A stretch of DNA of 64,000 nt from Bradymonadia bacterium. GTDB lineage: Bacteria; Myxococcota_A; Bradymonadia; UBA7976; UBA1532. The stretch spans positions 32,001 to 96,000 of the forward strand of contig JBKAGE010000041.1 of assembly GCA_046290225.1 (NCBI GenBank), given 5' to 3'. The translations under genes were made by a program, and so were the position numbers. Positions 51,370 through 61,875 of the stretch are shown here, one piece after another. Below the pieces are notes generated by a model. It saw nothing but the letters and a program-made list of their open reading frames with translations. It did not search any database and was not told the DNA's origin. The first letter of the stretch is position 1. The number at the start of each line of letters is the position of its first letter.

Positions 51370-52374
51370 TCAGCGATCGCAGATCGACTCGCAGTTCGAC
51401 GTGCTGTCTTCGTTCGCGGCACATACCGCCCAGCATGCTGTGCGGCCCTCGGGGGTGTCGAAGTTACATGCTTGCTTGCAGTTGGAGGTGCTTTCACCAC
51501 GGGCGATGCAGACCTGGGCACAGGCGGCTTGCCCCAGCCCAGTGTCGATGTCGCAATCCTGTCTGCAGTTGCGAGGCGTGTCGTTACGGTTGAGACAGAG
51601 TTGGACACAGGCGGCTTCACCTGCGGGGGTGTCGATGTCGCAGTCCTGCCTGCAGTTGCGAGGGGTGTCGTTGCGGTCGATACAGACCTGGACACAGCCT
51701 GCCTGCCCCAGTCCAGTGTCGATGTCGCAGTCCTGTCTGCAGTTGCGGGCGGTGTCCCCACGGAGGAGGCAGATCTGAGCACAGCCTGCTTCCCCACATG
51801 CCGTGTCGATGTTGCAGTCTTGCCTGCAGTTGCGAGCTGTTTGGCCGCTCTCGATACAGGCTTGGGTGCAGCCGAACTGATCTTCTGGTGTGTCGAGCCC
51901 ACACGTGCTCCGACAGGAAGACAAGGAGTTGCCTTCGTCAATGCAGCTGATCCAGCAGGGGTCGGCGCCGTCACAAACCTCTGCGGGCATGGGAGCAGGC
52001 CCGGGGTCTGGATCCGCGCCCCCAGAGCCTCCGACGGGCCCGGCGCCACCGTCAGCCCCCGGGATGCCGCCGCACGAATCGCAAAGCACCCAACACGAAA
52101 GTGGATCGTCATCGCCACAGATGTCGGGGTCGCAACACGTCTCCCTGGTGTCGGTGCAGGTGCAATCACCAGCCGTGCAGTCGTAGCGCGCCTCGCAATT
52201 GGGGGCGCCCACCCCAGAGTCTTCGGCGGTCATGCCGCCATCTCCCCGGTTGACGACCCTGACCTCACCGTCGTCGTCATCTTCCGAGCAGCCCGTGAGC
52301 GAACACGTGAGCAGACCCATCAAGAAGATTCGAGTGATGGTGTATCGGCGTCTATGTGTATGCACATGTGTCAT
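51370..52374 (-). CDS. Cys-rich repeat lipoprotein (seven 29-aa units)
   Basis: Lipobox LTGC; CRQDCDIDT...CVQVCIDRNDTPRN units with 87-bp DNA periodicity. Confidence 0.85.
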   Translation of the reverse strand: MTHVHTHRRRYTITRIFLMGLLTCSLTGCSEDDDDGEVRVVNRGDGGMTAEDSGVGAPNCEARYDCTAGDCTCTDTRETCCDPDICGDDDPLSCWVLCDSCGGIPGADGGAGPVGGSGGADPDPGPAPMPAEVCDGADPCWISCIDEGNSLSSCRSTCGLDTPEDQFGCTQACIESGQTARNCRQDCNIDTACGEAGCAQICLLRGDTARNCRQDCDIDTGLGQAGCVQVCIDRNDTPRNCRQDCDIDTPAGEAACVQLCLNRNDTPRNCRQDCDIDTGLGQAACAQVCIARGESTSNCKQACNFDTPEGRTACWAVCAANEDSTSNCESICDR

Positions 52375-52442
52375 GAACGAGCCTCGGTGATGAATGAACC
52401 GGCGCTCTACTAACACACCCAGAATGGGCCAATAAAGATAGA

Positions 52443-53612
52443 TCAGAGACGCTGACCGCGGATTAACTCTCGGACCTTCGGCACCGCTGCCACCACCTGC
52501 TCGATGGCTTGATCCACCTCGGCCTCAGTGGTCTTGCGCCCCAACCCGAAGCGCAGGCTGGCATGGGCACGCTCGTCGGCCATGCCCACCGCCCGCAAGA
52601 CATGGCTCGGAGCCAGCGTCGCCGAGGAGCATGCCGAGCCACTGCTGATGGCCAGACCCCGCAGGTTGCTCATCATCACGTCGGCGGCGATGTCGTCGAT
52701 GCTGATGTGCAGGCAGTGGGGCAGACAATGATCTGGATCACCATTGCGCACCACACCATCGACCCCACCTGAGATGCCGCGCCACAGTCGATCTCGCAGG
52801 CCCGCCAGGCGCGTCGCTTCGTCGGCCATCACCTGTTGCCCCAGCTTCGCCGCTGCGCCGAGGGCCACCAGCAGCGGCACCGCCAGCGTACCCGAGCGAA
52901 ACCCGCGCTCCTGACTGCCGCCGTGCATCTGGGCGTCGAGCTTCACTCGGGGGCTGCGGCGCCGCACGTACAGCGCCCCGACACCCTTGGGGGCGTAGAG
53001 TTTGTGCCCCGACATCGAGAGCAGATCGATGCCCATGGCTTCGACGTCGATGGGCAGCTTGCCCGAGGTCTGAGCGGCGTCAGTGTGGAACAGCACGCCG
53101 CGGTCTTTGCACAGGGCGCCGATCTCGGCGATGGGGTTCACCGTGCCCAGCTCGTTGTTGGCGTGCATCACGCTGACGATGACTGTATTGGGTCGAATCG
53201 CCGCCGCCACGTCATCGACCGAGACACGCCCACCCTCAGACACAGGCAGCCAGGTCACCTCGACCCCCTGGGTCTCGAGCCACTTCACCGTGTCGAGCAC
53301 CGCCTTGTGCTCCGTGGGCTGGGAGATGATGTGGTTGCCCTTGCTCGCGTAAGCTGACATCGCCCCTTTGATGGCGAGGTTGTTCCCCTCGGAGGCCCCG
53401 CTCAGGAACACGATCTCCCTCGGTGTGGCGCCGATGAGAGCCGCCACCTGCTCCCGGGCGAGCTTGACCGCTTCTTCTGCAGCCCAGCCATATGCGTGGC
53501 TCTTGCTCGAGGCGTTGCCGAAGTGCTCGACGAAGAAGGGGGCCATGACGTCGAAGACCCGCTGATCACAGGGGGTGGTGGCCATGTGGTCGAGATAGAT
53601 GGGGCGTAGCAT
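52443..53612 (-). CDS. iscS: Cysteine desulfurase, IscS/NifS group I
   Basis: IYLDHMATTP, HTDAAQ, SGHKLYAPKG, SSGSAC; no other isc genes adjacent. Confidence 0.9.
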   Translation of the reverse strand: MLRPIYLDHMATTPCDQRVFDVMAPFFVEHFGNASSKSHAYGWAAEEAVKLAREQVAALIGATPREIVFLSGASEGNNLAIKGAMSAYASKGNHIISQPTEHKAVLDTVKWLETQGVEVTWLPVSEGGRVSVDDVAAAIRPNTVIVSVMHANNELGTVNPIAEIGALCKDRGVLFHTDAAQTSGKLPIDVEAMGIDLLSMSGHKLYAPKGVGALYVRRRSPRVKLDAQMHGGSQERGFRSGTLAVPLLVALGAAAKLGQQVMADEATRLAGLRDRLWRGISGGVDGVVRNGDPDHCLPHCLHISIDDIAADVMMSNLRGLAISSGSACSSATLAPSHVLRAVGMADERAHASLRFGLGRKTTEAEVDQAIEQVVAAVPKVRELIRGQRL

Positions 53613-54349
53613 CAGGGTTGCTCGTCGCCCTCTTCGGGCATCACGTCGACGTAATCGCGGACCTCACGGCCGTCGGGCTTGACCACGGTGAGGCCCACGA
53701 TGTGTTGCGCGGGCTCTTCGAGGCGCAACACGAGGCGGTTGTAGCCCTCGCGATCGTCCACCATGGAGTCGCCGATCTCTCGGAGCACGTCGTTGGGGCC
53801 GATGTTCAGGTCGTGCATGACGTCTTCGCTGAGCACGTCGGCGGCCTTGATGGCCCGGGGGAGCTGCCCGCTGGCGGGCAGGTTGTCGCGGTACGATTTG
53901 ATGTCGGCGAGCAGCGCGGCGCGGCCCACGCGGTTCATGTTGGTCCGCGTCTGCCCAGGCTTGAGCGGGGGCAGCTTGAAGGTGCGGTAGCCGTCGGCGG
54001 GGATGCCCGACTCTCCAGGTTTGAGCATGGGGTTCGAGGGCTGGGCGAACTCGGCCTTGCGGGCGGCGATCTCTGCGGGCGTGGGCGGCGGAGGCTTGGG
54101 GGCGTCGAGGTTGGGCTTGGGTCCGTCGACGGGGGTGGGATCGCCCTTGCTCTCGGCCTGATTGACGGCTGTACGTGGATCAGCCGGAGTGGGATCAGGC
54201 TCGGGGGCCTTCTTGGGCTTCGCCTGGTTGTCCTTGGCGGCTGTGGTGTCGGCCTTGGGTTTATCTTTCGCGGGGTTCTTGCTCCCAGGCCACAAGGCCC
54301 AGGTGACGGCACCGGCGACGACGAGGATCAAAGGCAGAATGAGCTTCAC
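53612..54349 (-). CDS. N-terminally anchored protein with Pro-rich linker and possible PDZ-like C-terminus
   Basis: GTG start with GGAG SD; TM LILPLILVVAGAVTWALW; LNIGPNDVLREIG..GLTVVKPDG. Confidence 0.65.
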   Translation of the reverse strand: MKLILPLILVVAGAVTWALWPGSKNPAKDKPKADTTAAKDNQAKPKKAPEPDPTPADPRTAVNQAESKGDPTPVDGPKPNLDAPKPPPPTPAEIAARKAEFAQPSNPMLKPGESGIPADGYRTFKLPPLKPGQTRTNMNRVGRAALLADIKSYRDNLPASGQLPRAIKAADVLSEDVMHDLNIGPNDVLREIGDSMVDDREGYNRLVLRLEEPAQHIVGLTVVKPDGREVRDYVDVMPEEGDEQP

Positions 54350-54450
54350 AGCATGCTCCGAGTGATCATGGGTGCAGGATAGCAGAGGGTTTCGCTGCTG
54401 TCGCAGCAGCGCTCGCCTCACTTAAACTCGCACCACCACAACACCCCATG

Positions 54451-54480
54451 TTGACAACCTGAATCCCTGAACCTCATGCT
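54451..54480 (+). promoter_or_regulatory. sigma70-type promoter of the his operon
   Basis: TTGACA-18 nt-CATGCT; predicted start site falls at about the leader ATG. Confidence 0.55.
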
Positions 54481-54487
54481 GGCCGAC

Positions 54488-54547
54488 ATGAACTGCTGCA
54501 CCCACCATGCCCACCATCATGCCCATCATCATGGGACAGGTCGGTAG
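54488..54547 (+). CDS. hisL: his operon leader peptide MNCCTHHAHHHAHHHGTGR
   Basis: 8 His codons in 19, directly upstream of a strong hairpin and hisG. Confidence 0.9.
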   Translation: MNCCTHHAHHHAHHHGTGR

Positions 54548-54568
54548 GGTGTAAGCACAGACACGAAA

Positions 54569-54606
54569 CACCACGCCGGCCTCTGAGGCCGGCGTTGGTG
54601 CTTTCT
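54569..54606 (+). terminator. Attenuator hairpin
   Basis: CACCACGCCGGCCT-CTG-AGGCCGGCGTTGGTG followed by CTTTCT (weak U tract). Confidence 0.75.
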
Positions 54607-54670
54607 GGGCACTTTCTCCGCATCTTCAGGGGTTGGCTCATCAGGCGAAACAGCCCTGGAGAGCGACACC

Positions 54671-55561
54671 ATGAGCCCCGCCAGAAACTTCTCTGAGAAC
54701 ACCAGCGACACCTTGCGCATCGGCTTGCCCAAAGGCCGAATGCGCGAAGGCATCTTCGACCTGCTCAAGAGCGCCGGCGTCAGCGTTCAGGTTGGCGCCC
54801 GGGGCTATCGCCCCAGCCTTTCCCTCCCCGACACCGAGACCAAGCTGCTCAAACCCCAGAACGTCATCGAGATGCTGCACGTCGGATCCCGCGATGTAGG
54901 CTTCGCGGGCGCAGATTGGGTCGCCGAGTTCGGCGCAGAGCTCGTCGAGATCATGGACACGGGGCTCGATCCCGTGCGGCTCGTCGCCGCTGCGCCCGTG
55001 GCTCTGCTCGTCGACGGCAAGCTGCCTCGTCAGCCCCTCGTCGTCGCCTCGGAGTACGAGCAGCTCACCCGACGGTGGATCAGAGATCAGGGCCTCGAAG
55101 CCCGCTTCGTGCGGAGTTATGGCGCCACCGAGGTGTTCCCCCCCGAAGACGCTGATTGCATCGTCGACAACACCGCCACCGGGGCCACCCTCGCCGCCAA
55201 TCAGCTCGAGATCGTCGACGAGCTCATGCGCTCGTCCACCCGGCTGTACGCCAACCCACGGGCCCTGGAGAACCCCAGCAAGCGAGCGCGGATCGAAGAT
55301 CTCGCCCTGCTGCTGCGATCCGTGCTCGACGCTCGCAGCCGGGTCATGATCGAGGTGAACGTGAGCGCCGAGCGGCTCTCCGCCCTCGTCGACGTCGTGC
55401 CCTGCATGCGAGAGCCCACCCTGGCGCCGCTGCACAATCAGTCCGGGTTCGCGCTGAAGGCCGCCGTGCCCCGGAAGGCGCTGGCCACCCTCATCCCGCG
55501 CATCAAGGCTGTGGGCGGCACCGACATCGTGGTGTCCACCCCCAGCCAGATCGTGATGTGA
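54671..55561 (+). CDS. hisG: ATP phosphoribosyltransferase, long form
   Basis: LRIGLPKGR, GFAGADW, SYGATE, ADCIVDNTATGATL, MREPTLAPL C-terminal domain. Confidence 0.95.
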   Translation: MSPARNFSENTSDTLRIGLPKGRMREGIFDLLKSAGVSVQVGARGYRPSLSLPDTETKLLKPQNVIEMLHVGSRDVGFAGADWVAEFGAELVEIMDTGLDPVRLVAAAPVALLVDGKLPRQPLVVASEYEQLTRRWIRDQGLEARFVRSYGATEVFPPEDADCIVDNTATGATLAANQLEIVDELMRSSTRLYANPRALENPSKRARIEDLALLLRSVLDARSRVMIEVNVSAERLSALVDVVPCMREPTLAPLHNQSGFALKAAVPRKALATLIPRIKAVGGTDIVVSTPSQIVM

Positions 55562-55564
55562 GCC

Positions 55565-57331
55565 ATGTGGGATGCACAGGCTGAGCAAAAGCGCGTTGTG
55601 CCCGGGCCTGCCCTGGGGCGTATCTCCCGATATCGGGTGCCCGGGCACCCAGCCCCTATCGATCTCGATTTGCGGGGGAACGAGGGCCCCGCACCGGAGC
55701 CTGAGTTGCTGAGGGCGCTCAACGGCCCTGAGGGCACTGAGCTGCTCAGGCGCTACCCCAGCGCGGTGTCGTTGGAGCGCCGGCTCGCCGAGGGTTGGGG
55801 GCTGAGCCCCGAGCAGGTGGCGGTGACCGCTGGGGCCGATGACGGCCTCGATCGCATCTGTAGAGCCATGATGGGCCCGGGCCGGCGGATGATCTGCCCC
55901 ACGCCGGGTTTTGTGATGACCCCCCGGGCTGCCCGGCTGGCAGGTGGCGAGGTCGTCGAGCTGCCATGGCGTGAAGCTCTGCCTGTGGAGGCCATTCTGC
56001 AAGCCGCCGAAGATGAGCAGGTCTGTGTGCTCGTCCTCACCTCACCCAACAACCCCACAGGGGCGGTGATCACAGAAGCACAGCTGCGTCGCCTGGCGGC
56101 AGAGCTGCCTGCGAGGGTGCTCATCGTGCTCGACGTGGCCTATGGGGAGTTCGCGGATATCGAGCTGCGCCCTGTGGCCCTGAGCCTGCCCCGAGTGCTC
56201 GTGGTGGGCACTTTCTCCAAGGCGTGGGGCCTCGCCGGCTTGCGCGTGGGTCACGTGGCCGGGCCCGCGGAGTATGTGGGGTGGGTGAAGGATGTGGGCC
56301 TGCCCTACGCCGTCTCGGGCCCGGCACTGGCCCTCGCCGAGGCTGCCCTCGATCGCGGTGACGAGCCTGTTCGAGCCCACGCCGCTGCGGTGAAGATCGC
56401 CCGAGGGCGCATCGAGGCCGCCTTCGAGTCTGTGGGCGCCGCGGTCACCCGAGGCGAGGGCAACTTCGTCTTCGCCCGGACCCCGAAGGCGGCGTGGATC
56501 GCTGATGCCATGGCAGGGCTGGGCATCGGTGTGCGGGCGTTCCCTGGCCGCTCGGGCCTCGAAGATGCCCTGCGGATCGCTTGCCCCACCGAAGCCGGCG
56601 ACATCGATCGAGTCTGCGACGGGATCCGCACCGCGGTGCGCCCCGAGGCCATCCTCTTCGATCTCGACGGAGTGCTCGCTGACGTCTCCGCGTCATATCG
56701 AGTGGCCATCGTGGAGACCGCGGCGCACTTCGGCGTGCACGTCACCGCCGCCGACGTCGCCGAGGTGAAGGCTGCTGGTGACGCCAACAATGACTGGAAG
56801 GTGACTCAGCGATTGCTCCAGCGAGCCGGAGTACAGGTCGACCTCGACGCCATCATCGAGGTCTTCGAAGGGCTCTATCAGGGCACCCCTCAAGCCCCTG
56901 GGCTACGGCGACACGAGGCGCTCACTGTGTCGCGTACTGCGCTCGCCGGGCTCGCGGAGCGCGTCCCACTCGCCGTGGTCACCGGCCGGCCACGGGACGA
57001 CGCACGCGCGTTCCTCGAAGGCATGGAGATCGCTCAATACTTCCAGGCCGTCGTCTGTATGGAGGATGGCCCGGCGAAGCCTGACCCGGCCCCCGTCCGG
57101 GTGGCCCTCGAGGCTCTCGGTGTGCGTCGCGCCTGGATGCTCGGCGACACCCCCGACGATGTAAGGGCCGCCCGAGGGGCTGGTGTGGTGCCCGTGGGGG
57201 TCGTGGCCCCTGGTGAGGGCGATCCCGAAGGGGCGCGGCAGGCCCTGCTCGGCTCAGGGGCCGCTCGGGTCATCGACGAGGCTGCGGCGGTGGTCGACAC
57301 CCTGAGCCGATGGCTGGAGGAGACGCCATGA
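55565..57331 (+). CDS. hisC: Histidinol-phosphate aminotransferase fused to a HAD phosphatase
   Basis: [21 protein letters not shown]; then FDLDGVL, VVTGRP, KPDP, GDTPDD. Confidence 0.92.
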   Translation: MWDAQAEQKRVVPGPALGRISRYRVPGHPAPIDLDLRGNEGPAPEPELLRALNGPEGTELLRRYPSAVSLERRLAEGWGLSPEQVAVTAGADDGLDRICRAMMGPGRRMICPTPGFVMTPRAARLAGGEVVELPWREALPVEAILQAAEDEQVCVLVLTSPNNPTGAVITEAQLRRLAAELPARVLIVLDVAYGEFADIELRPVALSLPRVLVVGTFSKAWGLAGLRVGHVAGPAEYVGWVKDVGLPYAVSGPALALAEAALDRGDEPVRAHAAAVKIARGRIEAAFESVGAAVTRGEGNFVFARTPKAAWIADAMAGLGIGVRAFPGRSGLEDALRIACPTEAGDIDRVCDGIRTAVRPEAILFDLDGVLADVSASYRVAIVETAAHFGVHVTAADVAEVKAAGDANNDWKVTQRLLQRAGVQVDLDAIIEVFEGLYQGTPQAPGLRRHEALTVSRTALAGLAERVPLAVVTGRPRDDARAFLEGMEIAQYFQAVVCMEDGPAKPDPAPVRVALEALGVRRAWMLGDTPDDVRAARGAGVVPVGVVAPGEGDPEGARQALLGSGAARVIDEAAAVVDTLSRWLEETP

Positions 57332-57915
57332 GCGTGCGTACGGGTCAACTTCGCCGAGCCACCGCAGAGACCACCATCGAGGCCAGCGTGACACTCGACG
57401 ACCAGGGCGTGAGCGTGGTGCGCACCGGCATCGGGTTCCTCGATCACATGATCACCGCCCTGTCGCGCCACAGCGGGGTGTCCATCGAGCTGACGTGCAG
57501 CGGCGACCTGCACATCGACGATCACCACACGGCGGAAGACTGCGCCCTCACGCTGGGGGGCGCCTTCGACGCTGCCCTCGGCGAGCGCCGGGGCATCGTG
57601 CGCTTCGGTCACGCCTACGCCCCCCTCGACGAGGCCCTGGCCCGGGCCGTGGTCGATCTCTCCGGGCGCCCGTGGCCCTGTGTCGATCTGGGCTTGCGGC
57701 GAGAGATGCTCGGGCAGATCGCCTGCGAGAACCTCACCCACTTCATCAACAGCTTCGCCATCGCCGCTCGAGCCTCGATCCACGTCGACGTGCTCAAGGG
57801 CGACAACGATCACCACCGCGCCGAGGCGGCCTTCAAGGCTCTAGCCCTCGCGCTCCGCGCCGCAGTGGCGCTTCGAGGGGATGACCGCGTCCCCAGCACC
57901 AAGGAGGTGTTGTGA
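57328..57915 (+). CDS. hisB: Imidazoleglycerol-phosphate dehydratase (monofunctional)
   Basis: [34 protein letters not shown]. Confidence 0.96.
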   Translation: MSVRTGQLRRATAETTIEASVTLDDQGVSVVRTGIGFLDHMITALSRHSGVSIELTCSGDLHIDDHHTAEDCALTLGGAFDAALGERRGIVRFGHAYAPLDEALARAVVDLSGRPWPCVDLGLRREMLGQIACENLTHFINSFAIAARASIHVDVLKGDNDHHRAEAAFKALALALRAAVALRGDDRVPSTKEVL

Positions 57916-59318
57916 TGCCTCTCGACACATCTGTCCCGGTCGTGGTCGTAGGCACTGGCCTCGCCAACACCGCCAGCGTCATGGCGGCATTGCGCCGGGC
58001 CGGCGCTGCGCCCTCACTGGTCCGTGCACCACAGGAGATCGCCGACGCGCCTCGGGTGGTGCTGCCTGGTGTAGGCGCCTTTGCGCCCGCCATGGAGATC
58101 CTGCGTCAGAAGGGTTACGTGGAGCCGCTGAGGGCGCGCCTCACCGCTGGGCGCCCTACCTTGGGCATCTGCCTCGGCTTTCAGCTGATGTGCGCCGCCA
58201 GCGAAGAGAGCCCCGGAGTGGAAGGCCTCGGGGTGATCCCAGGTGTAGTGCGCCGATTCGGTGACGAGGCGCCTCAAGTGCCTCAGCTCGCCTGGAACAG
58301 CGTACGGCCTCAGGGAGAATGTCTCTGGCTCGAAGCCGGAGCCGCGTACTTCGCCCACAGCTACCGCCTGCCCGGTCTGCCCGAGGGGTGGGCCGGGGTG
58401 GTGGCCACTCACGGGGCCTCGTTCGTCGCCGCTGCAGAGCGCGGTGACGTGCTGGGTTGCCAGTTCCACCCCGAGCTCAGCGGCCCTTGGGGTCAGGCCC
58501 TCGTGGCGCGATGGGTTCAGGGGCGCCCCGTCGGGCAGACAGTCGAAGGCGCGCCGCGCGCAGGGGCATGTCGGCGCATCATCCCGTGCCTCGACGTTCG
58601 AGATGGCCGCGTGGTGAAGGGCGTGAAGTTTCAGGGTCTGCGCGACGCCGGAGATCCTGTCGAGCGCGCTCGAGCATATGCGGCTCAAGGCGCCGACGAG
58701 CTGGTCATGCTCGACGTAAGCGCTACGCCTGAGGGTCGGGCCACCGCCGTGGAGACCGTGAGGGCGCTGCGGGCTGTCCTCGACATCCCGCTCACCGTGG
58801 GCGGTGGGGTGCGCTCTGTTGAAGCCGCGGCGAAGCTGCTTGCTGCCGGCGCAGACAAAGTGGCGGTGAACACCGCCGCGGTAGAGCGCCCGGCGCTGCT
58901 CACCGAGCTGGCCGAGCAGTTTGGCCGTCAGTGCGTGGTCCTCGCCGCCGACGCCGCACGTCGAGAGGGTGGTGGCTGGGAGGTGGTCACCCGATCGGGC
59001 AAGCACCGTACTGGCATCGACGCGGTGTCCTGGGCTGAGCAGGCCGTAGAGGCCGGGGCAGGGGAGATTCTGCTCACCAGTTGGGATCGAGATGGCACCG
59101 GCGCCGGCTATGACCTGTCCTTGCTGCAGACCATCACCGGCAAGGTGCCTGTGCCCGTCATCGCCAGTGGTGGCGCCAAGACCCCCGAGCACTTGCTTCA
59201 GGCCCTCGACGCCGGCGCCCAGGCCGTGCTCGCCGCCACCATCTTTCACGACGACCACTTCACCGTAGGTGACATCAAGCAGGCCCTCATCGAGGCCGGC
59301 GCGCAGGTGAGACCATGA
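57915..59318 (+). CDS. hisHF: Fused IGP synthase HisH::HisF
   Basis: LPGVG, GICLG, QFHPE, then [27 protein letters not shown] in one ORF. Confidence 0.93.
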   Translation: MPLDTSVPVVVVGTGLANTASVMAALRRAGAAPSLVRAPQEIADAPRVVLPGVGAFAPAMEILRQKGYVEPLRARLTAGRPTLGICLGFQLMCAASEESPGVEGLGVIPGVVRRFGDEAPQVPQLAWNSVRPQGECLWLEAGAAYFAHSYRLPGLPEGWAGVVATHGASFVAAAERGDVLGCQFHPELSGPWGQALVARWVQGRPVGQTVEGAPRAGACRRIIPCLDVRDGRVVKGVKFQGLRDAGDPVERARAYAAQGADELVMLDVSATPEGRATAVETVRALRAVLDIPLTVGGGVRSVEAAAKLLAAGADKVAVNTAAVERPALLTELAEQFGRQCVVLAADAARREGGGWEVVTRSGKHRTGIDAVSWAEQAVEAGAGEILLTSWDRDGTGAGYDLSLLQTITGKVPVPVIASGGAKTPEHLLQALDAGAQAVLAATIFHDDHFTVGDIKQALIEAGAQVRP

Positions 59319-60595
59319 TCATCCCCAGCATCGACTTGATGGGCGGCGAGGCCGTCCAGCTCATCGGCGGCAAGGCCGAGAAGAAGGCCTTGAGCGCTGG
59401 AGATCCCCGGCCGCTCGCCGCCCGATTCGCCCCTGTGGGCGAGGTGGCGGTCATCGATCTCGATGCCGCCCTGGGCCGTGGAGACAACACCGAGGCCATC
59501 ACCGACATGCTCGCCATGGCCCGCTGTCGCGTAGGCGGTGGGATCCGATCCGTCGAAGCCGCGCGCCGATGGCTCGACGCCGGCGCCGTGAAGGTGATCC
59601 TGGGCACCGCCGCTGTGCCCGAGGTGTTGTCGCAGCTGCCCCGTGAGCGGGTCATCGCCGCCCTCGACGCCGTAGACGGTGAGGTGGTGGTCGACGGCTG
59701 GCGCACGAAGACCGGGGCGTCGATCATCGAGCGCATGCAGGCCCTGAGGCCTTATGTGAGCGGGTTCCTGATCACCTTCGTGGAGCGAGAGGGCCGCCTC
59801 GGCGGGACGGATCTTGCCCGGGCAGAGGCGCTTCGGGCGGCTGCGGGCGATACTGAGCTGACCGTCGCCGGCGGCATCACCACCGCCGACGAGATCGCCA
59901 CCCTCGATCGCATGGGCATCGACGCTCAGGTGGGCATGGCGCTGTATACCGGGCGGATCTCCCTCGCGGAGGCCTTCGCGGCGCCGTTGAAGAGCGATCG
60001 GGTCGACGGCCTGTGGCCCACCATCATCTGCGATCCCCATGATCGAGCGCTGGGGCTGGCGTATTCGAACCTCGAAAGCATCGAGGCCGCCTTGGAGCAG
60101 GGCGTGGGGGCGTATCACTCCCGCCGTCGGGGTTTGTGGGTGAAGGGGGCCACCTCTGGGGCCACCCAGCGATTGCACCGCATCGACGTCGACTGTGATC
60201 GAGACACGCTGCGTTTCGTGGTGGAGCAGGCGGAGCCCGGCTTCTGTCACCTCGACACCTGGACGTGCTTCGGCGAGGATCGCGGCATCCCCGCCCTCGC
60301 CCGCAGGCTCATCGAGCGGGCCGCCGAGGCCCCTGAGGGCTCCTACACCCGGAGGCTGCTCGACGATCCAGCTTTGCTCCGGGCAAAGCTCTTGGAGGAG
60401 GCCGCCGAGCTTGCCGAGGCCGTGGACCCCGGACACGTGGCCCGCGAAGCCGCCGACGTGATGTACTTTACCCTCACGGCCCTGGCCCGAGCTGGGGTAA
60501 AGCTCGACGCCGTGGCCCGTGTGCTCGACGACCGGGCCCTCAAGATCACCCGCCGCCCCGGCAACGCCAAGCCTGCTCGGGGAGGTGACCGATGA
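59315..60595 (+). CDS. hisIE: Fused HisA::HisI::HisE
   Basis: IIPSIDL, VGGGIRS (HisA barrel); LWVKGATSG, DCDRD, FCH..TCF (HisI); SYTRRL, EEAAE, EAAD (HisE). Confidence 0.9.
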   Translation: MIIPSIDLMGGEAVQLIGGKAEKKALSAGDPRPLAARFAPVGEVAVIDLDAALGRGDNTEAITDMLAMARCRVGGGIRSVEAARRWLDAGAVKVILGTAAVPEVLSQLPRERVIAALDAVDGEVVVDGWRTKTGASIIERMQALRPYVSGFLITFVEREGRLGGTDLARAEALRAAAGDTELTVAGGITTADEIATLDRMGIDAQVGMALYTGRISLAEAFAAPLKSDRVDGLWPTIICDPHDRALGLAYSNLESIEAALEQGVGAYHSRRRGLWVKGATSGATQRLHRIDVDCDRDTLRFVVEQAEPGFCHLDTWTCFGEDRGIPALARRLIERAAEAPEGSYTRRLLDDPALLRAKLLEEAAELAEAVDPGHVAREAADVMYFTLTALARAGVKLDAVARVLDDRALKITRRPGNAKPARGGDR

Positions 60596-61875
60596 GCGGA
60601 GTGCAAGACATGCGTCTACGTCGCCTCAGCCCCCGACAGGTGCCCCAGTTGCGCCGTGACCCCGTCGACGGCCCCACGCTGTCGAAGGCCCGGGAGATCG
60701 TCGACACGGTGCGGGCAGAGGGTTTGTCCGCGCTGCAGGACTATGCTCAACGCTATGGCGACTGGTCCCCAGGTGATCCGCTGTGGTTCGGCCCTGAAGA
60801 CATGGCCAGTGCCTTCTTCGCGTTGCCCGTTGAGAAGCAACAGGTGCTCACCCGGACCGCCGACCGGATCAAGGCCTTCGCCGAGGCCCAGCACGCCGGG
60901 CTGAAAGCCATCGAGGCGCCGATCCCCGGTGGGGTGGCTGGGGTCCGCTTCGATCCAGTGGAGCGGGCGGGCTGCTACGCCCCCGGCGGGCGGTTTCCGT
61001 TGCCCAGCTCGGTGCTGATGACCGCGATCCCCGCTCGGGTGGCCGGGGTCGACACGGTGTGGGTGGCCTCTCCGCGGCCTGCACCAGAGACCCTCGCTGC
61101 GGCCCACGCTGCGGGTGCGGACGCCTTGCTCGCCGTAGGTGGCGCCCAGGCCATTGCTGCCCTGGCCTTTGGTGCGGGGCCGGTCCCCGCCTGTGATGCC
61201 GTCGTGGGTCCTGGGAACATCTGGGTCACTGCGGCGAAGCAGATCGCCGCAGGCCGGGTGGCCATCGACATGCTCGCCGGGCCCTCCGAGCTCGTGGTGC
61301 TCGCCGACGCCGGCGCCGATCCAGATCGGGTGGCGGCAGATCTGCTCGCCCAGGCGGAGCACGACCCCGACGCGTTGCCAGTGCTCATCGCCCTCGATCC
61401 GATGTTGCTCTCCCAGGTGGATCGAGCGCTGTCGCAGCAACTCGCCGATCTGTCCACGGCGGACATCGCCCGTCAGGCCCTCGACAAGGGCTTCGCTGTG
61501 GCGGTGGGTGATCTCGCCGAGGGTGTAGCGCTCTGTGATCGCATGGCGCCAGAGCATCTCGCTCTGCACCTCGACGAGCCGGTGTTGACCGAGGCGGCGA
61601 ACACATTGAGTCACTATGGTGCGCTCTTCGTCGGTGGAGACGCCGCCGAGGCCCTCGGCGACTATGGGATTGGCCCCAATCACGTGTTGCCGACCGGTGG
61701 TACGGCACGCTCTTACGGGGGCTTGTCGGTCATGACCTTCCTCCGAGCCCGCACCTGGATGCGGGTGGATGATGTCTCCGCAGCACAAGGGGCCGTCTCT
61801 GATGCGGTGGCCCTCGCCCGCATGGAAGGCCTCGAGGCCCACGCCCGCTCTGCAGCCTTGCGTCTCAAAGGATAG
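60592..61875 (+). CDS. hisD: Histidinol dehydrogenase
   Basis: GCYAPGG, VGPGN, IDMLAGPSE, QAEHD, APEHL, GDY..GPNHVLPT. Confidence 0.96.
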   Translation: MSGVQDMRLRRLSPRQVPQLRRDPVDGPTLSKAREIVDTVRAEGLSALQDYAQRYGDWSPGDPLWFGPEDMASAFFALPVEKQQVLTRTADRIKAFAEAQHAGLKAIEAPIPGGVAGVRFDPVERAGCYAPGGRFPLPSSVLMTAIPARVAGVDTVWVASPRPAPETLAAAHAAGADALLAVGGAQAIAALAFGAGPVPACDAVVGPGNIWVTAAKQIAAGRVAIDMLAGPSELVVLADAGADPDRVAADLLAQAEHDPDALPVLIALDPMLLSQVDRALSQQLADLSTADIARQALDKGFAVAVGDLAEGVALCDRMAPEHLALHLDEPVLTEAANTLSHYGALFVGGDAAEALGDYGIGPNHVLPTGGTARSYGGLSVMTFLRARTWMRVDDVSAAQGAVSDAVALARMEGLEAHARSAALRLKG

